From a candidate division FCPU426 bacterium (GTDB taxonomy: Bacteria > Oederibacteriota > JAAXVQ01 > JAUVAV01): a stretch of 64,000 nt of DNA. Location of the stretch: contig JAUVAV010000009.1 of the NCBI GenBank assembly GCA_030591525.1, forward strand, positions 16,805 through 80,804, written 5' to 3'. The translations under genes and the position numbers were made by a program. The notes below the pieces were generated by a model. The model worked only from the letters and a program-made list of their open reading frames with translations. It searched no databases and was not told the DNA's origin. Each line of letters opens with the position of its first letter. Within the stretch, counting starts at the first letter, position 1. Shown in pieces: positions 27,663 to 36,987 of this stretch.

Positions 27663-28810
27663 CTAACCGGTTTCCCCTCTTTTTCCGCCTTTACTCTCTC
27701 ATACACTCTTTCCAGCTCTGGCACCATCCGGTCCCAGGAATACTGCCTGGCTATCAGGCGCGCGGCTTGCCCCATACTCTGCCGGAGGTCCATACTATCC
27801 GCTAAATGGTCCAGGGCTTGGGCCACGGTTTCATCATCCGCCAGGGCCGGCAGCAGGAGTCCTGCTTGCCCTGATTTTATTAATTCTGCGGCTCCGGCAT
27901 GCCGGGTAATGATAAGGGGAAGGCCGCATGCCATGGCCTCGAGCATTGCCAGGCCAAAAGCTTCATATTCCGGCAAGGCGGTATAAATATCCCCGACAAC
28001 ATAGGCGGAAAGGACATCGGCCCCAACAGCCAGGAAGCGCACCCGCTCACGCACGCCTAATTTTCCGGCTAAAGCAGCCAGGGAGGGAGGGTAATCTTTT
28101 CCAGAAGCTATCAACAAATCGATTCTGCGGTTGCGGACCTGGGCCAAGGCCCTGATCAAACGTTCCGCCCCCTTTAAACGCGGAGAGTTAGCCACCAGTA
28201 CCAGGACAATTTTTTCTCTGGCTATTCCCAACTGCGCTCTCAACTCATCGCGCTGTTCCCTCAGCCCCGGCTCCCAATACTTCTCCCCTGTTCCCGGGTA
28301 GACCACCTGGCAGGAAATCCGGCGTGTGGTTGGGTAAACGGCCCGCACCTGCTTCCCTACGCGGCGGGATATGGCGATTAATTGCCGGGCGCTGGAAAAC
28401 GCCATACGTTCCAGGGAGACAATGGTGCGATGCGCCGGGCTGAACCCTTTCCGCATTTGGTTTTCCATACCCGGATGAAGCCTGAGCGATGCCCGCATAC
28501 CGGCCAAATGGCAGGAATGGGCTGTCACCACGTCTCCCCAAGTTCCATCCGAACCCTGGGTATGCACAATATCATATTGGCCCTGCCGCGCGGCCCGGCC
28601 GGCAGCCTTGCTGAAACTGTAAATGGAGAACCACCAGGGCCGGTCAGGTACCTTGATAGGCACTATTTCGGCATTACAGTCCACAGCCTCCCGGGGATTG
28701 GTCAAAACATGGACCTCATGACGTTCGGCCAGCCGTTGGGCCAATTCATAAGTATAAAGCTCAATGCCGGCTCCGGGCCGGCATCCGCGCGAGATTAAAG
28801 CTATTCGCAT
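27659..28810 (-). CDS. GT4 glycosyltransferase
   Basis: GT-B fold; start inside a TAATG overlap. Confidence 0.75.
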   Translation of the reverse strand: MRIALISRGCRPGAGIELYTYELAQRLAERHEVHVLTNPREAVDCNAEIVPIKVPDRPWWFSIYSFSKAAGRAARQGQYDIVHTQGSDGTWGDVVTAHSCHLAGMRASLRLHPGMENQMRKGFSPAHRTIVSLERMAFSSARQLIAISRRVGKQVRAVYPTTRRISCQVVYPGTGEKYWEPGLREQRDELRAQLGIAREKIVLVLVANSPRLKGAERLIRALAQVRNRRIDLLIASGKDYPPSLAALAGKLGVRERVRFLAVGADVLSAYVVGDIYTALPEYEAFGLAMLEAMACGLPLIITRHAGAAELIKSGQAGLLLPALADDETVAQALDHLADSMDLRQSMGQAARLIARQYSWDRMVPELERVYERVKAEKEGKPVR

Positions 28811-29925
28811 TATTCCCTTCTTCCCAGAATTTGTCGGTATACTTCCAGCGTTTGCCGCGCTATGCATTCAGTCGTAAATTTATCTATGACACGTTGCCGG
28901 CCGCGACGCGCCAGTTCATCCGCCCGGACAGGATTCGCGTGTAATTTGATTATACTCTCAGCCAGCTGTTTCTCATCTCCCTCGGGAAATATCAATCCCG
29001 CCTCCCCAATGACATGCGGAATCTCCCCGGAATCAGAACCGATTACCGGAATTTCACAGGCCATGGCTTCTACCAATATCCGGCCGAATTGCTCTTTCCA
29101 TTGCGCCCGGGTTTCTGAGGGCAGAACCAGCACATCCAGTTGGTTCAAAGCCTGGGGCATCTGAGCATTATCCCTCACCCCCAAAAACTCCACCTGAATC
29201 CGTGGAGCCAGAGATTTAATTTGCAGTTTAAGCTGTTTTTCATATTCACCACAGCCCGCGATAATCAATCGGCCGGGGAAATCTAATCGCGCGACTGCGC
29301 GTATCAGCGTACTAAGCCCTTTCTCCTCCAGCAGACGTCCGAAATAGCCTATGGTATAGGCCGGTCGGGGAATCTTTTTTATCTCAGGCCGGGGCCGGAA
29401 CTTCTCCGGATCCACGCCGTATTGGGGAATAACCGTGCAAGGCCCTTTATAACCCCGGCTACGGAGAACCTGCTCGGCTTCACGATTGCCTGCCAAAGCC
29501 CATCCGACCCGGGACAGATTATGGTTATAAATCCAATCCAAAGGTATTTTGTATTTACGTAAAATATTCTCCCAGGTAAAAAAAATCATGGGCACATTCA
29601 GGCGCCGGGCGTAATGAAATGCCTGCCAGCAGACCAGGGAATAGGGCTCCTCTTCAACATGAATAATTCCGGGTTTTATCTCTTTGATTAACCGGCCCAG
29701 CCCTGGCAAATGGAAGCCCCCGACCCGCCCCAGAAAACGTCCGGCAAGAACATGAAGCCTTGCCCCTTTCTCCCTTCCGGGCTGCGGCGCCTGTACCCAG
29801 CGCCCTCCCTCGGGCCAGCCGGCCGGAAGCGCCAGGTGCAGATCGCACCCCGAACGCGCCAGCACATGAAACTTATCCCTATATAGTCCTACTACCGCGC
29901 TATGGGAAATAACCAGAATCTTCAT
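28810..29925 (-). CDS. GT4 glycosyltransferase
   Basis: GT-B fold with conserved C-term EGFGLPVLEAMA-like segment (EAMACEIPVIGS). Confidence 0.75.
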   Translation of the reverse strand: MKILVISHSAVVGLYRDKFHVLARSGCDLHLALPAGWPEGGRWVQAPQPGREKGARLHVLAGRFLGRVGGFHLPGLGRLIKEIKPGIIHVEEEPYSLVCWQAFHYARRLNVPMIFFTWENILRKYKIPLDWIYNHNLSRVGWALAGNREAEQVLRSRGYKGPCTVIPQYGVDPEKFRPRPEIKKIPRPAYTIGYFGRLLEEKGLSTLIRAVARLDFPGRLIIAGCGEYEKQLKLQIKSLAPRIQVEFLGVRDNAQMPQALNQLDVLVLPSETRAQWKEQFGRILVEAMACEIPVIGSDSGEIPHVIGEAGLIFPEGDEKQLAESIIKLHANPVRADELARRGRQRVIDKFTTECIARQTLEVYRQILGRRE

Positions 29926-29994
29926 TTATAAATTTTCATCCCTTGACAATACCCCGCTTAATTCCAAAATACTCCGCCTTTTTAACAGCATGTT

Positions 29995-30264
29995 TTATTC
30001 AAACCGGTAAACTTTACGAATAGTCTCCTTAATATCCCAATGGCATTTTAGCCCCTTGGGAAACAATACGATATCTCCCTCCCGGACCTCCACATCGCCC
30101 CCGGCCGTATGCACAATAACCTGCCCTGATTTCACATAAGCGCGTTCATTCTGCGAATACTCCCAATCGAATTTGGAAGGCTCGCATTCCCAGGTTGCCC
30201 AGGATGACACCCCCAGGGCGTCAAGTTTCTCCGGAGTGGCTTTTTCAATCTCTATTTTGCTCAT
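29995..30264 (-). CDS. Small cupin-domain protein
   Basis: Two-motif cupin barrel (VIVHTAGGDVEV...GDIVLFPKG). Confidence 0.6.
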   Translation of the reverse strand: MSKIEIEKATPEKLDALGVSSWATWECEPSKFDWEYSQNERAYVKSGQVIVHTAGGDVEVREGDIVLFPKGLKCHWDIKETIRKVYRFE

Positions 30265-30284
30265 TATTCCCTCCTGCTATTTTT

Positions 30285-31475
30285 TCAACCTCCTAAATTC
30301 TCCATCAAAATCATTCTGATATCCCCGGTCTCCAACTGCACCGGGTTATTCCGCATCGCGGCGGCCGCAGTAATTTTATCCAGATCACCGGGTTTGATTC
30401 CGTAATCACCTAAGCGTGGTATTTTCAGAACCCTGGTCCATTCCGCGAGTTTATTTTCCAGCCACTCGCAGCCTGCAACAATGGAAGTCAATGGTTGTTG
30501 GCAGAGCAGGGCGCCCAGACGGGCATGTTTCTGCAAGGCTATGTTCCCCGCTTCACCTTGCTGCTTGAGTTTGGCAATATTCATTTTAGTTCCCGGCCCG
30601 ACCAGAGTTCCGCAGATCACTCCGTGCGGAATATCGAAGTAACCGCCGATAACCGAGGAAAGTGAATGCACTATGCCGAGACCGGCGTTGGCCAAAGCCA
30701 GACCGGACAGCAAGGCAGCATAGGCCATGCCCGCCCGGGCGTCCGGATTATGCGCGCCGTCATGGCATGCCGGAAGAAGATGGTCGCGAACCGCCTCCAT
30801 GCCGTTCCACGCCAGAGCGTCAGTCAGGGGGGAGCTTTGCGAAGAAACATAGGACTCCAGCAGTTGGGCTAAAGCATCCATGCCGCAGGCCGCCGTGATT
30901 GCCAAAGGGCAATTCAGGGATAATTCAGGGTCGATTATGGCAATATCCGGCACAAAATTCTCATGGCGTAGGGATTTTTTAAATCCCTTTTCTCCCACCC
31001 GGCTTAGAGAAGCGTTCTTCGTAGCCTCAGTGCCGGTTCCGGAAGTAGTGGGGATTGCGACAAACGGCACCTTGACCCCGCTGTGTTTTCGGCCGCTGCC
31101 TACGCCTTCCAAATATGCCATCACTGATTCCCGGAGAGGCAGCATAGCGGAGATGGCTTTGCCCGCATCAATTACACTCCCACCGCCTATGGCCGCGACC
31201 ACTGAGATTTGCTGCGCCGCAAACTTGGAAACCGCCTCGTCCACCAGGTCCGGCCCGGGCTCGCCTTTTACTGAGAGGTCAAAGAGGGTAATCCCAAGCT
31301 CACGGCAGGTATGCTGCAGATGTTCCCATTGCGGGGAATTCCGAAAGGAAACCGCGCCGGTGATCAGCAACGCCTGAGGGCCAAAGTTTAAAATCTCTTC
31401 CGGAAGACGCTGAATATTTCCCCTCCCAAAGAGGATTTTAGGCGCGCGGGCAAAAGTGAAGCCCGGAATTACCAT
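30285..31475 (-). CDS. Iron-containing alcohol dehydrogenase family
   Basis: Fe-ADH fold: GGGSVIDAGK NAD motif and His metal ligands. Confidence 0.8.
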   Translation of the reverse strand: MVIPGFTFARAPKILFGRGNIQRLPEEILNFGPQALLITGAVSFRNSPQWEHLQHTCRELGITLFDLSVKGEPGPDLVDEAVSKFAAQQISVVAAIGGGSVIDAGKAISAMLPLRESVMAYLEGVGSGRKHSGVKVPFVAIPTTSGTGTEATKNASLSRVGEKGFKKSLRHENFVPDIAIIDPELSLNCPLAITAACGMDALAQLLESYVSSQSSPLTDALAWNGMEAVRDHLLPACHDGAHNPDARAGMAYAALLSGLALANAGLGIVHSLSSVIGGYFDIPHGVICGTLVGPGTKMNIAKLKQQGEAGNIALQKHARLGALLCQQPLTSIVAGCEWLENKLAEWTRVLKIPRLGDYGIKPGDLDKITAAAAMRNNPVQLETGDIRMILMENLGG

Positions 31476-31777
31476 TGTTCCCGCGATTTAGGACAAATAA
31501 CGTGATGAGTAACGCCTTCCCGTGGCCGGGCCATCCAATCTTGTACTGTTTCCCTCCATTTCAGGTAATGTGGCGTCTGTTTATGGGCGGCCGACGCGGC
31601 CTCGGACTCATAGGCTTCATAAAAAAGAAACCGCGTGGGGTCGTCCTTGCATTGGAGCATATCAAAACGCAGATTGCCTGGTTCCCGGATAGCTCCTTTA
31701 TGGTTCTCAATTGAAGCCTGAATAAAATCATCAACCTGCTCTTTTTTTACATAAACCGTTACGCAAGCTACCACCAT
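31469..31777 (-). CDS. ABM-domain (antibiotic-biosynthesis-monooxygenase-like) protein
   Basis: ~100 aa ferredoxin-like ABM pattern. Confidence 0.6.
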   Translation of the reverse strand: MVVACVTVYVKKEQVDDFIQASIENHKGAIREPGNLRFDMLQCKDDPTRFLFYEAYESEAASAAHKQTPHYLKWRETVQDWMARPREGVTHHVICPKSREQW

Positions 31778-31931
31778 AATGTCCCTCTCTCCTTTCGCAA
31801 GTGTAATTTATAGTATGATACGGATTTTCGAACTGAATTTCCAGTATTTCTTCCACCTGCCCGGAAAGTCTTTCGCATCTACGGCGAAGAGGCCCATTAG
31901 AAAAAGAATGAAGTGAAGAACTCCGTGGATT

Positions 31932-32069
31932 CCGGCGAAAGAGGCTGTGTCGCAATTCGAAAAACGAGATTGCCACGCTCCCTTCGGTCGCTCGCAATGA
32001 CTGTTTTTAAAGTCTTTTCTGTCATTGCGAGAAGCGTAAGCGACGAAGCAATCTCTAAAATAGGCATTA
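31932..32069. repeat. ~140-bp imperfect long palindrome (MITE-like) in the intergenic spacer
   Basis: Arms ggctgtgtc...gagattgc...ctcgcaatgac and their reverse complement around a 19-bp centre. Confidence 0.5.
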
Positions 32070-32159
32070 TGACACAGCCTGGAAAGCCGGGATACAGATT
32101 AATTTGGACAGCAATGCTTATAATTAATTTTCAAATGATTATACCTGCAACCCCAACGA

Positions 32160-33302
32160 TTAGCAGGAAGTATAAAGTTCCTGAGTCTGCCGGACAATGC
32201 GGCTCCAGGAAAATCTAGAGGCCGCCTCCCGGGCGCCGGTTTGCAGGCGATCTACCAGTACCGGATCATCCAGCAGGATTTTAATGCCTTGGGCCAGGGC
32301 GTGCGGACTGCCTGGTTCCACGGTCCAGAAATGCCGGCCCGGCCACAATTTTTCCAGGGGCCGGGCCGGAGTGGTGGTAAGCACGGCCAACCCCCAGGAC
32401 AGCATGGCCACCATGCTGCTCCGGTTTAATCTGGCCCCGCCGTAAAAAGGCAGGACCGCAATGCAGCATGAGCTGATTACCCGGCCGGCGGATTCTGCCG
32501 ATAAAAATCCGGTAAAGCGTATATGCTCATTCAGCCCTGCCTCACGGATCATGGCCTTCACCCGGGAGTGATAAGCATATTGCCGGTCATCCAGTTCGCC
32601 CGCAACCAGCATCCCGACTAATCGGCCCTCCTGCTTAAGTTGGCTGTATGCCTGGATTATTATCTCCCATCCCTTGTTCGGCATTACGGTCCCGAAATGT
32701 ACCAACCAGGTTTTATTCCTGTCCAGTTCCGGCATGGTCTCAAAGATCAGATTATTATGGCCTTTTACCCCGGCATTTTCGAAAATACTCCCAACACTGC
32801 TCCCTAAAGGAATTATCCTTACACGCCGCAGAGCCCGGGATTGCATTTTCCTCAAGCTGCGGCGATCATGGTGATTAGTGCATACGATTCCATGGGCCAT
32901 TGCCAGTGTCAGCCACAAACGCAATTTCCCCAACCAGGAGAAGATGGCATACTCATGCAAGGTGATAATACATTTAATCCGGGGACGAAACCAACGCAGA
33001 ACCGGCAAAAGCAGGTTGGGAGCCAGGCCCCTGCCATAGCCCAGGCTGGGATATTGCAGATGCACGATTCGCGGGTTTATCCGATCAATCTCGCGCAGTA
33101 ACTGCCAAAGATTGAAACTTCGCCATGAGCGGATTTTCGGCCTTAGGTCCGAGTCCCCCATCTTACGCACTTCTTTCCGGTCTGAGGTCAAAACCGTGAC
33201 CTGATGGCCGGCCTTGGTCAACTCGTTGGCCAGACATCGGGTATAGTCCCCCACTCCACAGCGCATTTCGGGAAATGAACCGGTAACCAGGCAGATTTTC
33301 AT
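32160..33302 (-). CDS. GT4 glycosyltransferase
   Basis: MKICLVTGSFPEMRCGVGDY N-term, GT-B fold. Confidence 0.75.
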   Translation of the reverse strand: MKICLVTGSFPEMRCGVGDYTRCLANELTKAGHQVTVLTSDRKEVRKMGDSDLRPKIRSWRSFNLWQLLREIDRINPRIVHLQYPSLGYGRGLAPNLLLPVLRWFRPRIKCIITLHEYAIFSWLGKLRLWLTLAMAHGIVCTNHHDRRSLRKMQSRALRRVRIIPLGSSVGSIFENAGVKGHNNLIFETMPELDRNKTWLVHFGTVMPNKGWEIIIQAYSQLKQEGRLVGMLVAGELDDRQYAYHSRVKAMIREAGLNEHIRFTGFLSAESAGRVISSCCIAVLPFYGGARLNRSSMVAMLSWGLAVLTTTPARPLEKLWPGRHFWTVEPGSPHALAQGIKILLDDPVLVDRLQTGAREAASRFSWSRIVRQTQELYTSC

Positions 33303-35569
33303 TTTCTAAAGAGCCCCGCTACATTCATCATCCACCATGCGCCGGTAGTACGTTCCCATGTCTGCCAAGCCCTGGGAAATCGCGGTTCACATATATTTTT
33401 TAGCCACGAGGTCGGATCAAATACACCACCCCAATAACCATAACCGCGCGCCGCTGCCAGGCGCAAGCCATGCCTTTGAGCCGCCATGCGCAATCCACCC
33501 AAAGTATATTGCGTCTCCCATCCCCAGGGCCAGTTTCCTCTCCACTGATGCCATAATTTTATCAAGGTGTAGGGATTCAGGGCCTGGGGCACATCCACTA
33601 CCAGGTAACCTCCGGGTTTAAGCAAACGCACGCTCTCTTTCCATACTGGTATGGGATCAGGGAAATGCTCCAGCAAGCCCTGGGAAAATACCAGGTCAAA
33701 AGCCTGGTCCGGTAGCCCGGTCCGGCGAACATCGGCCCGGTGCAAACTCAGAGATCGCTGCAAAGCATGCGCTGCTGATGCCGCTAGATGTATGGCCCGG
33801 GCTGAATTATCCACGGCGTGAATTTGCCGTCCGGGTTTGGCCGCCAGCCAGAGGGCATCCAGGGCTGGCCCGCATCCCAGCTCCAGAATTTTTACCTCGA
33901 CTTTATCGGATTTATCCGCCAAGGCTTTTTCAAGCAATTCGTAAAACCGGGCTCTTCCCTGAACACGTTCTTGCATGATTTTACGCCAGTCAGGCTGCGC
34001 TTCAATTCCGCGCTTCCGCACCGCCGTTTGTAATCCCGTGCTCTTTTCCGAAAAGAGAGGTTTAAATTCTTTCTGCCAAGCGCGCTCAAAAACTCCCCGC
34101 GGCTCAGGTCTTCGGGGACGCGGCGGCCGCCGGACCCAAACCAGGGTCGCGGCCAAGGCCAGGGCCGCGTGCACTCCTCTGTCATGAATCAGGCAATGCT
34201 CAGTCAAATTCGCCATTGCAAACCCTGCCAGACCGGCCATCATTGCCCAAGCGCCAGCTGCCGGCCATCCGGGCTCCAAATGCTGCGCCTTTTTCACCAT
34301 ATAAATCGCGCCTTGCCATCCGGCCCAAAAAAGAGCGGTTAAACCTAAAATCCCGGTTTCCGCCAGAACCGAGAGCCATAACATATGCGGATGCGTAATG
34401 AATCCAATAGGATTCACATTCCCATTAGCCATAGCCGGGGCCAGAAACCGGTACATTCCCGGGCCTATGCCCAGCCAGGGCGCTTGCTGGAAAAGCCGGC
34501 CCGCTACCCTGGCATATTCCAGCCGGTTCTGCCAGGAAGCGAGTTTGATTTTCCAAAAAGAGCAGGATAAAACCTCTGAATAAAGACCAGCCAGCAGGAG
34601 AAATCCCAAGAGTAGAAGAACCAGCAGTTTGATTCTGTGGGAATAGTTTTCCAGCCAGAAAAGGATAAAAACCACAGCTATTGCCACTCCCACGGCCATA
34701 ATGCCGGTAAACGAAAAGGTGGCTAAAAAACCTGCGGTTAGTAATCCACAGCCAATAAGACCTGCCAGCCGTGCCAGACCTTGGCCATGAAAAAGCGCGG
34801 CCCCGGCGGTAAACGGCAGCATCAGCGCTAAAAACACGGCCAGGGTATTGGCTCCAAAACCGGCCGCCGCCCGGGTAACTTCAACCTGACCGATAATCAT
34901 CCTGGTTAACTCCGGATGCGCAGCCGCAGCAGAACAAGTCTGGGTCAATCCCTGCCAGGCGCTGAACATGGCGGCCAGAACCAAGGCCCAGAGAATCCGT
35001 TCAGCCTCGCGGCCCCGGCGAAGTAAATGAACTCCCAGCATAAGTACCAGAATAAACTCCATCCATCGCAGAGCGCCTTTCCAGGCAATGGCGGTTCCGG
35101 TCAGGCAAGCTGAAGCCAATACTATGGCAACAAAAGGCAGTATCCAGGTCTTGACAGGCACTAGGGCGTGCTGCCAAGCGCGGATCCGGAAAACATTCCA
35201 AAACCCGCCCACCAGGCATGCCACCAGCAGTATCTCGGTAGTATATACTGTTCCCCATATTTCAAGTTCCCGGGCTTGTTCCAGAGGCGCAATCCAGGCC
35301 AGCAAAACCAGGGCCCAAACCGGCGCAACACAGGCCAGCAGAAGTGCGCTTGCTCCCAGCAGTAAGGCGGCCCATACGGTCTCAGGCGCGCATAACCAGG
35401 CGCTAGCGGCTGCCACCACGATTATTCCGGCCAGGACTTCTCTTCGTGGATTCAATTTATCAAAGACGGATTTCATAACTACTCTCCGGTTTATTCGGCT
35501 TGGCTCGTTTTTTCCACTTTGACAACTATGCCAGAAAGCTCGACTTTCGAGGTAGAGATTAAACACCAT
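33299..35569 (-). CDS. Fusion: O-antigen ligase/polymerase-like (WaaL/Wzy_C) membrane domain plus C-terminal class I SAM methyltransferase (true start probably internal, ~35476)
   Basis: About 10 TM segments; ITHPHMLWLSVLAETGILG loop motif; C-term VKILELGCGPALD ... LVFSQGLLEHFPD ... LKPGGYLVVDV. Confidence 0.7.
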   Translation of the reverse strand: MVFNLYLESRAFWHSCQSGKNEPSRINRRVVMKSVFDKLNPRREVLAGIIVVAAASAWLCAPETVWAALLLGASALLLACVAPVWALVLLAWIAPLEQARELEIWGTVYTTEILLVACLVGGFWNVFRIRAWQHALVPVKTWILPFVAIVLASACLTGTAIAWKGALRWMEFILVLMLGVHLLRRGREAERILWALVLAAMFSAWQGLTQTCSAAAAHPELTRMIIGQVEVTRAAAGFGANTLAVFLALMLPFTAGAALFHGQGLARLAGLIGCGLLTAGFLATFSFTGIMAVGVAIAVVFILFWLENYSHRIKLLVLLLLGFLLLAGLYSEVLSCSFWKIKLASWQNRLEYARVAGRLFQQAPWLGIGPGMYRFLAPAMANGNVNPIGFITHPHMLWLSVLAETGILGLTALFWAGWQGAIYMVKKAQHLEPGWPAAGAWAMMAGLAGFAMANLTEHCLIHDRGVHAALALAATLVWVRRPPRPRRPEPRGVFERAWQKEFKPLFSEKSTGLQTAVRKRGIEAQPDWRKIMQERVQGRARFYELLEKALADKSDKVEVKILELGCGPALDALWLAAKPGRQIHAVDNSARAIHLAASAAHALQRSLSLHRADVRRTGLPDQAFDLVFSQGLLEHFPDPIPVWKESVRLLKPGGYLVVDVPQALNPYTLIKLWHQWRGNWPWGWETQYTLGGLRMAAQRHGLRLAAARGYGYWGGVFDPTSWLKNICEPRFPRAWQTWERTTGAWWMMNVAGLFRK

Positions 35570-35961
35570 GCTCCGGCTTTAAGTCCGCAAGGCTCGCGCG
35601 GAAACCCGGGAAGATCCCGTACCAGGCGCAAAGGCCCCTCCACTCTCAGCGTGATCAGCAAATCTTCTTTTCCCGAAAAGCCGATCCGCTCATTTTCTCC
35701 AGATGATAATACTTTCTGTATAGACAAAACCTCGGCAACTTTTTCGCCCTGGGTGTTTAGAACCTCATCCCCGGGAATAATCGCGGCTGCCAATTCCGGC
35801 ATGGGCCGGGGTACGCAAACTACGGCCACAGCCGGGCCGGAATATTGTGCCGTAGCTATGGTTCCCCGGGAGACCGCGTATTGCACAATCAGCCCCGCTG
35901 CTCCCAGGGTCAGAAACAGAGCTATCAAATCCCACCAACGCAATGACCAATCTGATTTCAT
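35491..35961 (-). CDS. Hypothetical small membrane-anchored protein
   Basis: N-term TM LIALFLTLGAAGLIV; no recognisable domain; start uncertain. Confidence 0.4.
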   Translation of the reverse strand: MKSDWSLRWWDLIALFLTLGAAGLIVQYAVSRGTIATAQYSGPAVAVVCVPRPMPELAAAIIPGDEVLNTQGEKVAEVLSIQKVLSSGENERIGFSGKEDLLITLRVEGPLRLVRDLPGFPREPCGLKAGAWCLISTSKVELSGIVVKVEKTSQAE

Positions 35962-36947
35962 TTTGCCTCCTTGATTTTCCTGTACTTCCACTCCCCGCAA
36001 ATAACCCAGAACAACCGCATCCAGGGAATGATTAAAAACTGCGGGATCAGAAAGGCCAGGTCACGCAGGCCGGTTTTCCGCTTCCGGCAAACCGCATACA
36101 CGGATCCGGCCCAGCCGGATAAAAAAGCGCCGGCGCCCAAGCCTGCCAAAACCGGCAGCTGATAAAGCAAGCCGGTTGCCCCGAGAAGAAATCCTGAAAA
36201 TATCCCCCAGTAAAATACCGGGAATGCCCTCCCGTCAATCCATTTTAAATATTTTCGATATAACGCAGGATGTTTGCGCCGCAGCAGAGCTTCGTATACG
36301 CCATAACCGGTCTTCTTAAAAAATATTGTTTTTCCGGCATTTAACAGAGGATGTTCCACCAGGCATTTCGGTTCAAATTCAATCCGGTAATTTCTTTCTA
36401 TGATGCTGAAGGCCAAATCCGTGTCTTCCCGGTTGGCGCGAATAAAACGCGTATCAAATCCTCCTGCTTTTCTGAAAGCTTTCTTCCGGTAAAACATATT
36501 ACAAGTCAGGAAACTTCCTCCCTGGGTATTGGATATTACATGCGTAAACGGCGTGGGACGTCCGGCATTTTCCGGCGGCAAGGTCGCGCCTTCCACGGCC
36601 GCTACCTTCGGATGATTAAAATGCGGAGCCGCTGCCTGCCACCAATCCGGATGCACTACCACATCTGAATCCAGGAAGCCCAGAATTTCAGCCTGCGCCG
36701 CCTCTGCTCCCTGGTTGCGGGCCGCTGCCGGTCCGGCGGCGGTAGCGTGATGTAAATATTGGACCGGGTATGGATCGTGCCGGGCCGCCAGCATCATAGC
36801 CGTGCCATCCGTTGAACCATCATCCACTACAATAACTTCCATCTCGCCCGGTGCGACACGCAAGGCCTGGAGGGAATCTAAAAGCTGTTCCAGCAGCGCT
36901 CTGCGATTATAAGTCGGCACAATCACTGATAATTTGGGACTATGCAT
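35958..36947 (-). CDS. GT2 glycosyltransferase
   Basis: LSVIVPTYNR ... VVDDGSTDGT GT-A motifs; C-terminal TM. Confidence 0.8.
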   Translation of the reverse strand: MHSPKLSVIVPTYNRRALLEQLLDSLQALRVAPGEMEVIVVDDGSTDGTAMMLAARHDPYPVQYLHHATAAGPAAARNQGAEAAQAEILGFLDSDVVVHPDWWQAAAPHFNHPKVAAVEGATLPPENAGRPTPFTHVISNTQGGSFLTCNMFYRKKAFRKAGGFDTRFIRANREDTDLAFSIIERNYRIEFEPKCLVEHPLLNAGKTIFFKKTGYGVYEALLRRKHPALYRKYLKWIDGRAFPVFYWGIFSGFLLGATGLLYQLPVLAGLGAGAFLSGWAGSVYAVCRKRKTGLRDLAFLIPQFLIIPWMRLFWVICGEWKYRKIKEAK

Positions 36948-36987
36948 TAAAGCCTCCCTTAATACGTTGGCCTTTCTTCAACTCGGA

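Noticed and set aside
31778-31931. Possible small ORF or sRNA in the 380-bp spacer before the 32.0-kb palindrome
   Set aside because: No ORF of 60 aa or more with an RBS, no conserved structure beyond the palindrome itself, and coding potential cannot be assessed without comparative data.
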